A stretch of 63,977 bases of DNA, filler included, from Octopus bimaculoides (GCF_001194135.2; 6 parts of 6 records of this genome joined end to end with filler, not necessarily neighbours in it), one strand, 5' to 3'. Shown: positions 26,622 to 39,339, numbered from the whole stretch's first letter. Numbers and translations: made by a program. Notes: generated by a model from the letters alone, not told the origin.

Positions 26622-27372
26622 TGTTAAATTAGAAGTGAACTGAACGCAGAAACTCCAATCTGATCAACAACAACAAATATTTATTGTATGGTGGAAAATA
26701 AAACAGCTTCCAATTGTCTGGTTTTAGAGTAGCCTGAAATGTAGATGTACGGTTCTTCGAGCTGGTGTCGTTGTAGAGACAACTTCGTTCAACCACACTC
26801 AAATGAGAGAGCCTATGGACCTTCGCACTCTGGCACTTCATGCAAGAGCGTGCCCAAGTGGCAATTGATCGCCGCATATTGGGCCAGAAAAACCGAGCAG
26901 TGATAAGCTTTACTGTTGCTGAGATGCCCGGATGTGACAAAGAATGAAGGGCATCAAACACAGAACGTTGATGGTTCATAGGTACTAAAGGCCAAGGAGA
27001 ACCTGTGGATGTGTCGCATAATACTGAGCCCTCGGATGAAGGGAGCGGAAGATAAGCAAATTTACAGTTGCTGAATTTTGACGAAGTCAAATCTAAACTT
27101 GACAAAGAAGGTTGCTCCTGCGAAATTGCCAGCAAATCAATTTCCGCGGGAGTGGAAATAGAATGCACAGGAAGTCGCGAAAGAGCATCAGCTGGAATGT
27201 TCTCTTTCCCTGGCACATGACGAATGTCACCTGTAAATTGTGAGATAAAATCCAGGTGACGAAAAGCACGAGGAGAGAGCTTGTCCGTTTTAGAGGACAG
27301 AGCAAAAGTGAGGGGCTTGTGATCAGTATAAATCACAAACTCTCGTCCCTCGAGTTGGTGTTGAAAATGCTG
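26622..27372 (-). mobile_element. Ty3/Gypsy LTR retrotransposon pol fragment (RNase H-like + integrase zinc-binding), possibly followed by a short LTR
   Basis: ORF 26629..27435: LEGREFVIYTDHKPLTFAL..RHLDFISQFTGDIRHVPGKENIPADALSR and HSLSHPGISATVKLITARFFWPNMRRSIATWARSCMKCQ. After KVHR the sequence switches to a TG..AATAAA..CA segment (26797-26622) that may be an LTR piece. Confidence 0.92.
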
Positions 27373-27520
27373 AAAATGCTGAAAATATGCAAAAGGCCAA
27401 AAAATAAATTTCACCGCAAATAGGAAAGGAAACACTATTTTTTTCTATACCCTTTTGTTTTCCTCTGTAATGTATGTGCACAATAAGAACAAAATGGAAA
27501 AGGAAAGAAGAAAAAGAAAT

Positions 27521-27616
27521 ATTTACAGGTGACATTCGTCATGTGCCAGGGAAAGAGAACATTCCAGCTGATGCTCTTTCGCGACTTCCTGTGCATTCTA
27601 TTTCCACTCCCGCGGA
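27521..27616 (+). repeat. Exact 96-bp inverted copy of Gypsy pol segment 27143-27238
   Basis: atttacaggtgacattcgtc..atttccactcccgcgga is the reverse complement of 27143-27238, with no mismatch seen. Confidence 0.93.
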
Positions 27617-28013
27617 GTATAGAATCGAATCGGGAGTATAGAATAGAATAGAATCGGGAACGCTTGGATGTTGAAATCCACGCATGCGTGGATAAGGATG
27701 CAGCAATGGCGACTATGCCTTTTTGGCGCCAATATGACGTCACTACAAACTTATCATGGGGTGTAGCAATGTATGTGTGGTTATAAAGTTCATTTTATGA
27801 TCATGTGATTCCAGGTTCAAACCTTCTATGGTTAAGTATTTTATACTATAATCTTGGGTTGGTCAAAGTTTTCAGAATGAAATAAATTTGGTAAATGGAA
27901 ACTGCATGGAAGTCATTTATAAGTAGCCATGTTTCCCTTTTCCTGGTAAGGATGTAGTCAATTTGACTAGTGTGTCTACCAGATTGGTAGGTGACTAGGT
28001 GACTGGCAACTCT

Positions 28014-28086
28014 CTTGACTAGGCGACTTTCTTGACTAGGCGACTTTCTTGACTAGGCGACTTTCTTGACTAGGCGACTTTCTTGA
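28014..28086 (+). repeat. 17-bp perfect tandem repeat (cttgactaggcgacttt) x4.3
   Basis: Units at 28014, 28031, 28048, 28065 plus partial. Confidence 0.95.
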
Positions 28087-28167
28087 AGTTAGTATTGCAA
28101 ACTATAAGATCATTTGCATTGCAGAACTCCAGCAGCCTTGTTCCCTCTTCATTGTGGGAACCAAAAC

Positions 28168-29433
28168 CATAGCTTCCATTACGTAGGTGACCAAGTCAGT
28201 AGCTGGGGTGGATGCTCTGAGAGTGTAGCTGCTAGAATAAGAATAGCCTGGGCAACGTTCAGAGAGCTCCTACCTCTGCTGGTGATAAAGGGCCTCTCGC
28301 TCAGAGTAAAAGGTAGACTGTATGACGCATGTGTACGAACAGCCATGCTACATGGCAGTGAAACATGGGCCATGAGTGCTGAGGACATGCGTAAGCTGCA
28401 AGGAATGAAGCAAGTATGCTCCACTGGATGTGTAATGTCAGTGTGCATACACGACAGAGTGTAAGTGCCTTGAGAGAAAAGTTGGACCTAAGAAGCATCA
28501 GATATGGTGTGCANNNNNNNNNNNNNNNNNNNNNNNNNNNNNNNNNNNNNNNNNNNNNNNNNNNNNNNNNNNNNNNNNNNNNNNNNNNNNNNNNNNNNNN
28601 NNNNNNNNNNNNNNNNNNNNNNNNNNNNNNNNNNNNNNNNNNNNNNNNNNNNNNNNNNNNNNNNNNNNNNNNNNNNNNNNNNNNNNNNNNGCAAGAGAGA
28701 CGACTGTGCTGGTATGGTCATGTGGTGAGAATAGATGAAGATAGCTGTGTTAAAAAGTGTCACACCCTAGCGGTTGAGGGAACCTGTGGAAGAGGTAGAC
28801 CCAGGCAATGACTAGTGACTGAGACCTTTGGAAATATGCTGTGCTTGAGAAAACTCGGCAAACCAAGTGAGGCCATAACTAGTGGCCTATGCCAGTGGTG
28901 TAACTAGCCCACTTATGCATACCTTTCTAAACTCTGCTTGCGAAGACCTGTTGAGGCAAGTGAAATCGAAATCAAATTCACTAAGGTGGCCAATGACAAC
29001 ACTGCCTGACTGGCATCCGTGTGAGTGGAACGTTAAGAGCATCATCTGAGCCTGATTGTTACCAGGGCTGCTGACTGGCTCTCATGCCGGTAGTAAGTAA
29101 AAAGCACATTCGAGTGTGATCGTTACCAGCATCACCTTACTGGCACTTGTGCCGGTAGCACGTGAAAAACAACATTCGAGTGAGGTCGTTGCCAGTGCCA
29201 CTGGACTGGCTCCTGTGCAGGTGGCACATAAAAAAAAACCCATTTGAGCGTGGCTGTAGCCAGTACTGCCTGACTGACCTTCGTGCTGGTGACACGTAAA
29301 AGCACCTACTACACTCTCGGAATGGTTGGCATTATGAAGGGCATCCATCTGTAGAAACTCTGCCAGATCAGATTGGAGCCTGGTGCAGCCATCTGGCTTG
29401 CCAGTCCTCAGTCAAACCGTCCAACCCATGCAG
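28168..29433 (+). mobile_element. 5'-truncated RTE-clade LINE (RT C-terminus + 3' UTR)
   Basis: HYVGDQVSSWGGCSESVAARIRIAWATFRELLPLL..KGRLYDACVRTAMLHGSETW, QERRLCWYGHVVR..GRGRPR; the 3' UTR has repeated gcc..ctgactggc..gtgccggtggcacgtaaaa-type modules and tail tggttggcattatgaagggcatcc..cgtccaacccatgc. Confidence 0.92.
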
Positions 29434-31391
29434 GTCCCATTTTTGCCAATCAAAACTAATTGCTCACATGATACGTTCTAGAATTTTCTTTCAATGAAGG
29501 CCTTATAAACAGAAACTTTTAGCACCAAAATCAGAGTGAATTTGGATTTCGTTGCATTTGATCCCAGGTGAATTTCTCCTGCTAATAGCTGTTTTCACAA
29601 CTTCATACTCAAACCAGTGTAATTTTCCTAATAACTGTTTTCACAATTCTATACTCAACCTGGAGATGAATGAAGAATCAATGCAGTGATGTGAAATATC
29701 AGCCTAATTATCAATTATCTGTTGAAGCCTCCAGTAACTGTAAAACACAATGTTCATATAAGACTGACTCTGTATTTTCATGAAGCCTTGTAAAAAAATG
29801 TAGCAATTAATATTGTATATAAACTGACTCCAAGTCTTTGTCATTACCAATGCTACACTCTATTATTACAGTGTTGGCATTTAATGTATTGGCAGTATTA
29901 CAGTGTTGGCATAGTGTATGCTTGCAGCTTAAGACTACCTGTGGGATTCACCAGTAGAAGATGGCTTGACTCACAGATACAGACAAATTACTTCATCCAC
30001 TCAACCATTTCACTTCTACATTATATTATTTTTTTATAAATAACAATAATAATATGACATCCACATTGACATGCATTAGAATCACAGTCTCATGCAATCA
30101 TTTCATATTTCTTTCTGATCAGATTTTACTTGAGCAATTTTTTTTGCATATTTTACAAACTGTGTCTTATTTATCATGAAGTAAAGATGATTTTAATCTT
30201 TCAAGACATGCAGCAAGTATTTTTATTCAAGCTGAATGTAACTTGACAGCTTTCTTCGTGATTGTACCAAGATATTGGAATGTTCAACTTGTAGATACCT
30301 ATCAGTCAATTTGATAAACTCAGTTGATATATTCAAACAATATACTAGATGCCAGTTATTTTGTAATTTCTATGACTTTTCCTCAAGAGACAGTTGCATT
30401 AATTAGGGATCATGGATAAAATTTGAGTCATAATCTGTTTTGCTTTTCTAGCAAATAAACAGTAATAACTCTCAATAAATATTTTTTATTCCTTTGTTCA
30501 TTCAATATTTGGAGAAGTAAGGCTGATGATGTAATTTACTTCATTAGTATTCAGATGATACACAAATATTTTTCATATTTCTGGTTACTTCAGTTTGCTT
30601 GACTGACAACACATTTCACTTTCAATTCAGAGTTTAGTGGTTTACAGAAGGAAGGGCAACAGTAACAACAAAACTTATTCCATCTTTGCTAACACGGAAA
30701 AATGGGTATAAAACTAAATGTAAACCTTTTGGTTATTACATCAACTTCATTATTTGTTTAACTGATTCTGGAAGGATTTGAATCCACATTAACTCATATA
30801 ATTGGCTTTAGCAGAGTTCACTAGTTCCTTGGTTCTACCTCGATTTACATTTCTGTTACATACATTGACTATTTAAATGTTCAGACTGAGCATCAGTTGC
30901 ATCAACTTCATGAGTCTGAGAGGGTTTGTAATATGTGAGACCTTAACATATTAGGTTACTTTGTTTAAAAAGGTGGTCAATCCCTAAATTTATCAAACAG
31001 TATGAACCAAAGTCATTTTATCATAATCATATCTTGGAAATCAATATCACAAACAGCCAAATTATCACAATATCAGAGATGTGCTTTCCAGGCAAGTGAT
31101 ATGATGTGAGACCATGTGTTGAAACTGTAGTACAGAAGACACACATTAACTATTTGAAAAATACACAAAGGCTATTAACTTCACTTAAACACTCACTGTT
31201 TGTTTTTTGGTGTCAAAATTTTTGTCACAGTTCATGTAACGAAAGATCACACTAACAAGATTATACTGCCTCTATACCTTGTGGAATTTAATCCTTTCTT
31301 TTCTATGTACAAAACTATTGTTTATTTTTTTACATTTCATCATATTTGAATAACCTCTGTAATAATCTTTTATTCTTTTACTGGTACTCAC

Positions 31392-31435
31392 CATATGAAT
31401 TTCCTTCTGATAGCAACAGTGAAATGAAACTGATC
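31392..31435 (-). CDS. Candidate 44-nt exon, product unknown
   Basis: Minus strand ttcgtttttctcactag| acceptor and ATG|gtgagta donor; all frames open. Confidence 0.35.
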
Positions 31436-32646
31436 CTAGTGAGAAAAACGAACTACCTTATGGACACAACTTATATGAAGTTTATTTACAATGTCTGACA
31501 TTTGCACGTATATTACTGCATGCTCTTCTAAACTCTGTAACACACATACAAAACATTTTAAAGAACAAAACAAAACAATCTTCTTGATAATAATCAAAGC
31601 AAAATTTCAGATGAAAATTTTTTATCCAATAGAGAAAAACGACCATAAGCATATTTTTCAATTTCATTCAAATGTCAAACAGCTCTATGGCACAGTGTGA
31701 TGTGTGGGTTGATGTGCAATTATACTTTATGTAATTTCCTCATTTCTTTTCTAAGTATGAACTACTCTTTATTTTCCTACATTTCATCATATTTGAATAA
31801 TCTTTGTAATTATCTTTCACTCTTTTACTAGTTCCAACCAGTTGATTGTGGTCATGCTTAGATACTGCTATTGCACATGTTTGTCATTTTCAATAGACAA
31901 CTTAATGATATGCATAGCTCACACATTGAGTTAATCTTGTCACAGTTATGGTTGACATTTAAATGAAACTGAATTGTGTCATCGTCTTTTTTTTTTTTTT
32001 TCCTATTTCAAAATATTAATTATTAAATGATGAATTCTACTGAAAATCATTTAAAATTGTTGAATAAGCAAAGCAGAACTGATCTACAAGAAATCCACAT
32101 ACATACATACATACATACATACATACATACATACATACATACATACATAAAGAGCCCCTGAATATCTGATAAGTCCCTCTCTAAAAATTTCAGAGATCCC
32201 ATCACCCATTACAGTTTTGACAGGATTCCTCCAATCCCACTGGATAGATCCAAAAGTGGTTATGTTCTACCTTGCTAAATTTTTCTTGGAGATCTTGTAT
32301 AAATACTTATTAACTTACATACATGCATGTATACCTGAATTTGTACATGCATACATTTTAAGTTTACAATCAAGATTTTCAGGCTACTATCTAACACAAA
32401 CTGTATGAAAATTTTGTGCCACATTTTACAAAATTGATCTGGCAACCCTGCTCTCTAAATTCATTAAAGTACTCATAATATAGTTGTGTTTTTTAACTCT
32501 CAACCTTGGTTCAAGTCTCCTGCAAAAATTAATATTTCTGAAGTTGGCGACATGAAAGTTTAAACATATAATTATACAAACACATTAACCAATAATTCTG
32601 AATCCTGAAGGGTTCAATTTTATGTTTCATTTCTCTAAGTCATTAA

Positions 32647-32868
32647 CCCTTTAGCCTTCAGATTACTCTTTCAAATTTAATGCTTATTTATTCATATTAT
32701 TTTGAATAAATCATGCATTAACTTGTAGCTAAGAGATTTTTACATAGTGTGATTGTTTATTGTTAGAATTTCATTGTCGGATATGTGTGAGGAGTCATAT
32801 CTGGCCAGTTTTAGCATGAAACTGGTAGAATATTTAGGTCAGATATGACCAGCTTGAAAGCAAATGGG
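32647..32868 (+). mobile_element. piggyBac-like MITE
   Basis: TTAA|ccctttagc..aaatggg|TTAA; same body as the 9706 copy. Confidence 0.88.
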
Positions 32869-33292
32869 TTAAAATATTTACCAGTAATATGCTTGTGTTG
32901 TTGTACATATCATTAACAACTCCATTCTCCTGCAAAAATCAATATTCCTGTAGTCCTTAATATGAAAGTTCAAACTCATTACAATACAGACTCATTGATC
33001 TGTAATTTTCAATATTTTAGTGCTGAGACTTGCTATGATATGCTAAGAACCTGCACTACACTGCTTTTTTAAAATTCATTCAACTTCCAAGTCTTTGTGA
33101 TCAGTTGTTCTTTTATCTTTTAAAATGTGTTTATTCTGTTCCAGGAATCAATATCTATGATTATAATGCTGTTCCTATCCATATTTTATGGGAAAAAAGT
33201 TATTTTCAAAATCAGTTATTTTTTAAAATTTCAGTTTATTCCTTTTGCTACACATTTGAACAATTGATTTATATGAATCAAGTGAAAAAGAA

Positions 33293-33773
33293 TGAGGTGT
33301 GGCTGTGTGGTAATAATTTTGCTTCACAACCACATGATTCTGGGTTCAGTCCACTGTGTGGCACCTTGAGCAAGTATCTTCTACTATAGCCCCATGCTTA
33401 CCAAAACCTTTTGTGTGGATTTGGTAGATGAAAACTGAAAGAAACTTGTTGTTTGCTTGTATGTATGTATGTATGTATGTATGTATGTATGTATGTACAT
33501 ACGCATGTACGGATGGATGTATGTATATCTATGTATGCATGTTTTTGTTTGTATTTGCCCCACCATCACCACCACGACCACCACTTGTCAACTGGTGTTG
33601 GTGTGTTTATACTCCCATAACTTAGTGATTTGGCAAAGAGAGACTAATAAAATTAGTATCAGACTTAAAAAAGTAAATACTGTGGTCAATTTGTTCATCT
33701 AAACCCTTGAAGGTAATGCTCTGGCATGGCTACAGTCTAATGAGTGAAACAAGTAAAAGATATAAGATGAAGA
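33293..33773 (+). mobile_element. SINE family A, old CpG-depleted copy
   Basis: Head gtggctgtgtggtaa, core caccttgagcaagtatcttctactatagcc, central (GTAT)n, tail gaaacaagtaaaaga. Confidence 0.88.
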
Positions 33774-34074
33774 TATTTCCAGATCATTCCAACAATAAAA
33801 TGAATGATGATATGTCCTTCTTCTAGCCAAACTAGTTGAGATTGTAATGTTTCATTTTTATTTCTTTTACTAGCTTTAGTCATTGGACTGCGGCCATGCT
33901 GGAGTAACCACCTTTATTATATCAACCCTCAGTCTGATACTTGTTTTTATCAACCTACTTAGAAAAAAAGAAGGAAGTCAGCCTGGGCATAAAGAGACAT
34001 AGCTGAGCAGAATGAAACACCAGAAGGTATTTTTGTTTGATGCACCAACTTTTATGTCTCTTCTATGTGTGTGT

Positions 34075-34290
34075 GTAGGATGGAGAAAGTTCAGAGAGCT
34101 TTTACCATTTGTTAGCAACCAAAGGTCTCTCCCCCCACCTCTCTCTGAGTGAACAGAAGATTGTATGATGCATGTGTGAACTGCAATACTGCATGGTAGT
34201 AAAATGTGGGCCCTAGATGCAGAGGACATGTAAAGGCTGAAGAGGAATGAAGCTGGATGTGCAATGTGTGTGCACCCATATAAGCAAACC
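34075..34290 (+). mobile_element. RTE LINE RT remnant
   Basis: GWRKFRELLP / LLATKGLS / RLYDACV..AILHGSKMWALDAEDM*RLKRNEA, homologous to 28250-28410. Confidence 0.8.
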
Positions 34291-34387
34291 AAGAGACAAT
34301 AATTGTGGTAAATAAGAAGTTTATATTCTAGTGGACCTTTCCTTCAAATCCAAGGCCTCGAGCCTATATTTCTAGTGGAACAAGGTT

Positions 34388-34600
34388 GTAAGGTGGCAGA
34401 ACTGTTAGCATGCTGGGCAAAATGCTTTGCAGCATTCCATCCGTGCTTACATTCTAAGTTCAAATTTTGTCAAAGCCAACTTTGCTTTTCATTCTTTTGG
34501 GATTGATAAAATCAGTATCGGTTGAGCACTGGGGTCGGTGTTATTGGCTTATGCCCTCCCCAAAATTTGCTCGCCTTGTACCAAAATTTGAAAGCAATAT
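34388..34600 (+). mobile_element. SINE family B (tRNA-derived)
   Basis: ggcagaactgttagcatgctgggcaaaatgct..ttctaagttcaaatt..actttgcttttcattcttttgggattgataaaa..gagcactggggtcg; shared with 38752, 53803 and 56310. Confidence 0.8.
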
Positions 34601-34661
34601 TTCTAGTTGAACCTTGTAGCTATTAGTTATGAGTTATCTTCTGTGTTCAAATTCTATAGCA

Positions 34662-34823
34662 GTTAATTTTGCTTTCCATTCTTCTGAGGTTAATTTTGCT
34701 TTCCATTCTTCTGAGGTTAATTTTGCTTTCCATTCTTCTGAGGTTAATTTTGCTTTTCATTCTTCTGAGGTTAATTTTGCTTTTCATTCTTCTGAGGTTA
34801 ATTTTACTTTCCATTCTTCTGAG
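34662..34823 (+). repeat. 27-bp tandem array x6 inside a SINE-B remnant
   Basis: Unit gttaattttgctttccattcttctgag at 34662, 34689, 34716, 34743, 34770 and 34797. Confidence 0.95.
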
Positions 34824-35590
34824 TTCGATAAAACATATTGACAGTCAAATGCTGGAGTTGATTTAAATGAGATAACCAAATCAAAAATATCTATACCAAC
34901 ATTTCTGTGGAGATGAATAAAAAAACCCTAAAAGACAGTTTTTTAGTGCTTCTAGCAAATTTTCTAAAAATAGTTACATCTGTCTTCATGTTCTAATGGA
35001 AATGACTGGAGTATGAACACCATGATAAGAGAAACTAATATAAAAATAGGCAGTGAATTGGCAGAGTCACTTGAGTGGCAGATAAAATGCCTTGCAGCAT
35101 TTATTCCATTTCTTTGTGCTTTGAGCTAAAACCCTTTGAGTTCAACATTGTCTTTTCTCCTTTCAGAGCTGATAAATAGAATATCAAATCCAAGGTGATG
35201 AATTGGCAGAGCTGTTAGAGCATCAGACGAAATGTCTTGTGGTATCTGTTTTATTCCTATGCATTTTGAGTTCAATTTCTGCCTCCTATCATTAATCTCT
35301 TCATAATGAGTAAAATACTCTCTGTTGGGACCTGGCCTATGATAATTGTCCTCCAATATCAGATAAAGCAAAGTTGATTGGATCAACATTTCAGTTACAT
35401 CACTAAAAACAAGCATAATCTCCCTTTTCACCCCTCTCTCCCCCTTTCTCTCTCGCTTTTCTTTATCTATCTATCTGTCTGTCTGTCTGTCCTCAGTATT
35501 GATACCTCTACTCAGCAAGCAGATTGGGTCAATATGGTATATAATGTGACATAATCTAATTGTGAGTGATAATCTGTAGATTAATCTTCT

Positions 35591-35636
<46 letters not shown>

Positions 35637-36655
35637 GTTTCATTTTTGCTAATTTCATAAATGGAATTAATATATTGTTAAAAATTGGTCTGACCATGAG
35701 AGGAATCAACATATTAATGGGGAATCCTGCAACATTCTTTCTTTTATTTTCTCATCCTTCTGATCCTTTTACTTAATCTTTTGGAGGTATAGAAACTAAA
35801 GATGAAAGATAACCAAACCAGATTCTTTCTAGGGAAATTAGTCATTGTTTGCCTTCAATAGCAAAAATCATTAAAGTTTACAAATACAACAATTTCGCTT
35901 GACACCTCTTCATAAATAGGGATGATTATGATGTTTCTTTAAAATTTATTTTCATGGTTTAATCAGAAGAAGGCATTAGACATGAAGTTGTTGCAAGATC
36001 TCCAAGATAGATGAGAGAAGAGGCAGATATACATGGGCTGAGGTAATGACTCAAATACTTACAACACATTTGCCTTTGCTAAAGATATCCAAGAGGCTAA
36101 GTGATGGTGTTAGACTGAATAATGGATTAAGTCTTCCACTGAAGAAGAGCTACAGTCCACTGATAAGCTTCTGCACAGTTTTCATCTATTCAGTTTTGCC
36201 CACAATGCTTAAAGGTTGACTTGAAATGGTTACTTGTATGATTCAGCAGCTTCAGCTTGGACTGTTTGGCCATGTTGTTTGATTTTCCATGTATGATCCT
36301 GCATATCGTGTTGGTTGGGCACATACCACATGGTCATGGCAGATGAGGAGGTACCTTGCAGAGATGGGGAGTGACTGGGACCTGGCTTGGAGAGTTGCCT
36401 GGGATGACCTGAGCAAATATTGACAAACAGTGGAAGCAGTGACATGCTGTAATGGTACAGGCCCTGATATCTGACCTAACCTGTGGAAGAAAATGCTTGC
36501 CCAAAGTATTCCTTGTTGTTGGATTGAACTTAGAACCATGTGACTATAAAGCACCAAAGAAGAGCTATAAGTACACTGACAAGTTTCACACAGATTTTGT
36601 CTATTCAGTTTTACCCATAATGCTTAGGCTGACTTTAGTCTATGGTAGAAAATGC

Positions 36656-37236
36656 GGATCTATTTTAAAACGGGGGCCACATTTTTCATTAATGTTTTAC
36701 GTAGTGTTTTTGGTACGGAAAGACTTTCAAACTTTGTATACTTATCTATTTTGTGTTATAGAACAGAAAAATATTTTTGTATTCGAATTTATTTCATGTA
36801 AAAAATTGTCTTATTTCGATAATTTCAACCAATCACTGACAAGTATTCAGTTGTTTATATTTACTCCTTTGGCTGATTAAGCGATGTAAAGCGTATTTAA
36901 TCTCCATACCTTCGTTTTATTTGCTTTTTTTCATTTTAAATTTGCTTTAACACTAACCCTAACCCTAACCCTAGGGTTAGGGTTAGGGTTAGGGTTAATT
37001 GTTTCAGAATCGTTTGTTTATGTAGTCGGCACTTAATGTATATCGGCTGAATGGACGTCAGTGATTGGTTGAAATTACAGAAATACGACAACTTTAACAT
37101 GGAATAACTTATGGATTTCTTTTTTTTTTAAGAAGACTAAGAGAAAAAGATGTTTTATATGACACATTCTACCAGTGTTCCAAGTTTCAAAGTGTTTCGT
37201 TAATGAAAAATGTGGCCCCCATTTTAAAAAAGATCC
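36656..37236. mobile_element. 581-bp non-autonomous TIR element, probable Merlin-type MITE, with a telomere-repeat palindrome
   Basis: 37-bp TIRs (36656-36692 / 37200-37236, 2 mismatches) beginning GGATC; exact 8-bp TSD GAAAATGC (36648-36655, 37237-37244); second perfect 21-bp inverted pair 36820-36840 / 37057-37077. The superfamily call is an inference. Confidence 0.9.
36953..36997. repeat. Head-to-head telomeric repeats (TAACCC)3T|A(GGGTTA)4
   Basis: Perfect 40-bp palindrome 36953-36992 centred on CCCTAGGG. Confidence 0.97.
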
Positions 37237-38751
37237 GAAAATGCTTACCTAAAGTACCTTGCAGTTAGATTGAACTTGGAACCATGTGATCACAAAGTAA
37301 ACTTCTAAGTTACTGAAAGAGTTTGAAAATCTAAATTTACAATGATATTTTTATTCAGTTCCTTATAATGTGCAGTTGAATTGTCAATTTTCTCATCTTA
37401 TATGCATCTCATTGTTGTTATCATTGTTTAACCCTAGTTGAGCCTTGACTGAACAGATCTCTGATCAAAAATATTCCAGTTGCCAACATTGTCTTTCACT
37501 CAGACAATGTAACTGTATAGAGGTTCCCTCACTGACTTATCTATCCCATAATTTTTCAATGAATGAAGTTGGAGGTAATGCATCATTGTATCACCCAAAA
37601 ATCGACAGGAAGGATGACACAAAAGCTATTACAAATTTTCCCAGGAGATTCTATGTATTTAACTTTTGGAAGGCAATTTTCTTTTCTGTTCATTTCCTTT
37701 CTAATGCTTCAACAATATAAATTATCATATTTCCTGGTTGTGCTGATGCTCTTACTTTAAAGATGCACTACCAATTTTGAGATAAAAACAAGGTCTTGGT
37801 ACTTTTAAAATATTTTACCAAGATGTTTTGTTAGTGGTTAAATGACATAAACCCTGTCCATCTCTTGTAGTTAGTATTTTTACTTTGACTTTTGATCTGA
37901 AGTTTAGCATATGTGGCCCAACTCTAGGTTTAAAATTGGCTTTTGAAAAATGTAAGCTGTTGTCTAGAATGCATAGTGAATTTTTAAGACTTATTCTAAA
38001 GGAAAAAAATTTGCATCCTTGACACCAGTTATGAAGAGAGAAATATAAATTGTTGAAATTTTGGTTTATTCATTTTTAGTAACAACATATGCTGTGTATA
38101 TCATGTTGATAATGTCTGCTGTTTGTTTTTTTATTCAACATTTTTAAAGCTATTTTTAATTTCTCCAGCTGCTGTCTGGTAAATTAATCCCTAGCATCAA
38201 CTAATTAAAACTTGGAAATATTTCAAAGCAACATGAAGGCATGAGTTACGATTATAAGAGGTTCTATAAACCATGGTCTGATAAGATTACTAGAAATCAA
38301 AAAGAATTGATCCTGCCTGTTATGATAAAAACATTACCGTTATTTAGTTGATTAAAGCTAAAATATATTATTTTTTGACCAGTCAAGAAAGGAGCCTATA
38401 TGTGGTTGTTCTACCTGTAAGAAATAGCAACTAAATTTCCTATAAATGACATACTACCATGTTAAAAAAGAAGATGATATCTAAGACAAAACTGTATGAT
38501 ATTGTATTAGCAATATGATGCCCATTAAAAAAATATTAAAGATGAAATAATCAGGACAGAAATATTTTTGATCATTGATCGTTTTAATCAGATTCAAATT
38601 AGGACTAAGCAATGTAATAATAGTATGTTATATATGAACATTGGCTGTCTGAATATATCTGGATATTGACTGAACAGTTCTGAACTAGAAGATTTGGCTA
38701 TTTTTGAAAGTTCTTCTTGCATGCTATTTTTATAGAATATATAGTGAGATA

Positions 38752-38930
38752 TTGGTTTCAAATTTTGGCACAAGGCCAGCAATTTGGAGGGAGGGATTAG
38801 TTGATTACATTGACCCAGATGTTCAAATGGTTCTTATTCTATCAACCCTGAAGGAATGAAAGGCAAAGTCAACCTTGGCAGAATTTTAACTCTGAATGTA
38901 ATGACAAACAAAATGTCACTTAGACACCGG
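38752..38930 (-). mobile_element. SINE family B
   Basis: Reverse-complement match to the 34388 and 53803 copies (caaattttggcacaaggcc..gaaaggcaaagtcaaccttggcagaattt). Confidence 0.78.
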
Positions 38931-39111
38931 TTCTAAAGGCATTGTCATATCCTTGATAAGGCAAGATTTAAGAGTCCTCTCAACCCTAATGCTTACTTCA
39001 CTCATTCACTAATCCTTTTGGTGAATATTCTGGGTGCATTTTATTGTGGCATCAGCTCTTATTATTATTGCACTTTCTTCAAACACTTCATTCATGTATT
39101 TATATACATAC

Positions 39112-39171
39112 AATCTCTCCCTCCTCCAGCTGACAGTTTTTTGTACTTTTCCGTGATGGAAAATACACCTT
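39112..39171 (-). CDS. Candidate 60-nt symmetric (phase 1-1) exon, (E)GVFSITEKYKKLSAGGGRD
   Basis: ttcattataactgtcacag| acceptor and GATT|gtatgt donor with an open frame. An overlapping alternative is 39204-39265 (LVYPVIPRGKDVLLKCLITL, |gtaaga). Confidence 0.35.
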
Positions 39172-39339
39172 CTGTGACAGTTATAATGAAATTGCTTTCT
39201 TACATCAGAGTAATAAGGCATTTCAACAGAACATCTTTACCCCTGGGAATTACTGGGTACACCAGCTAGTAATAATATAATAATATAATATAATAAATGT
39301 GAATGTCAGTGTGTCACACTTTTTCAACTTTACTCTCAG

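Noticed and set aside
36953-36997. Ancient chromosome end-to-end fusion site
   Set aside because: The repeats are inside a TIR element with a TSD inserted into a SINE, so they arrived by transposition.
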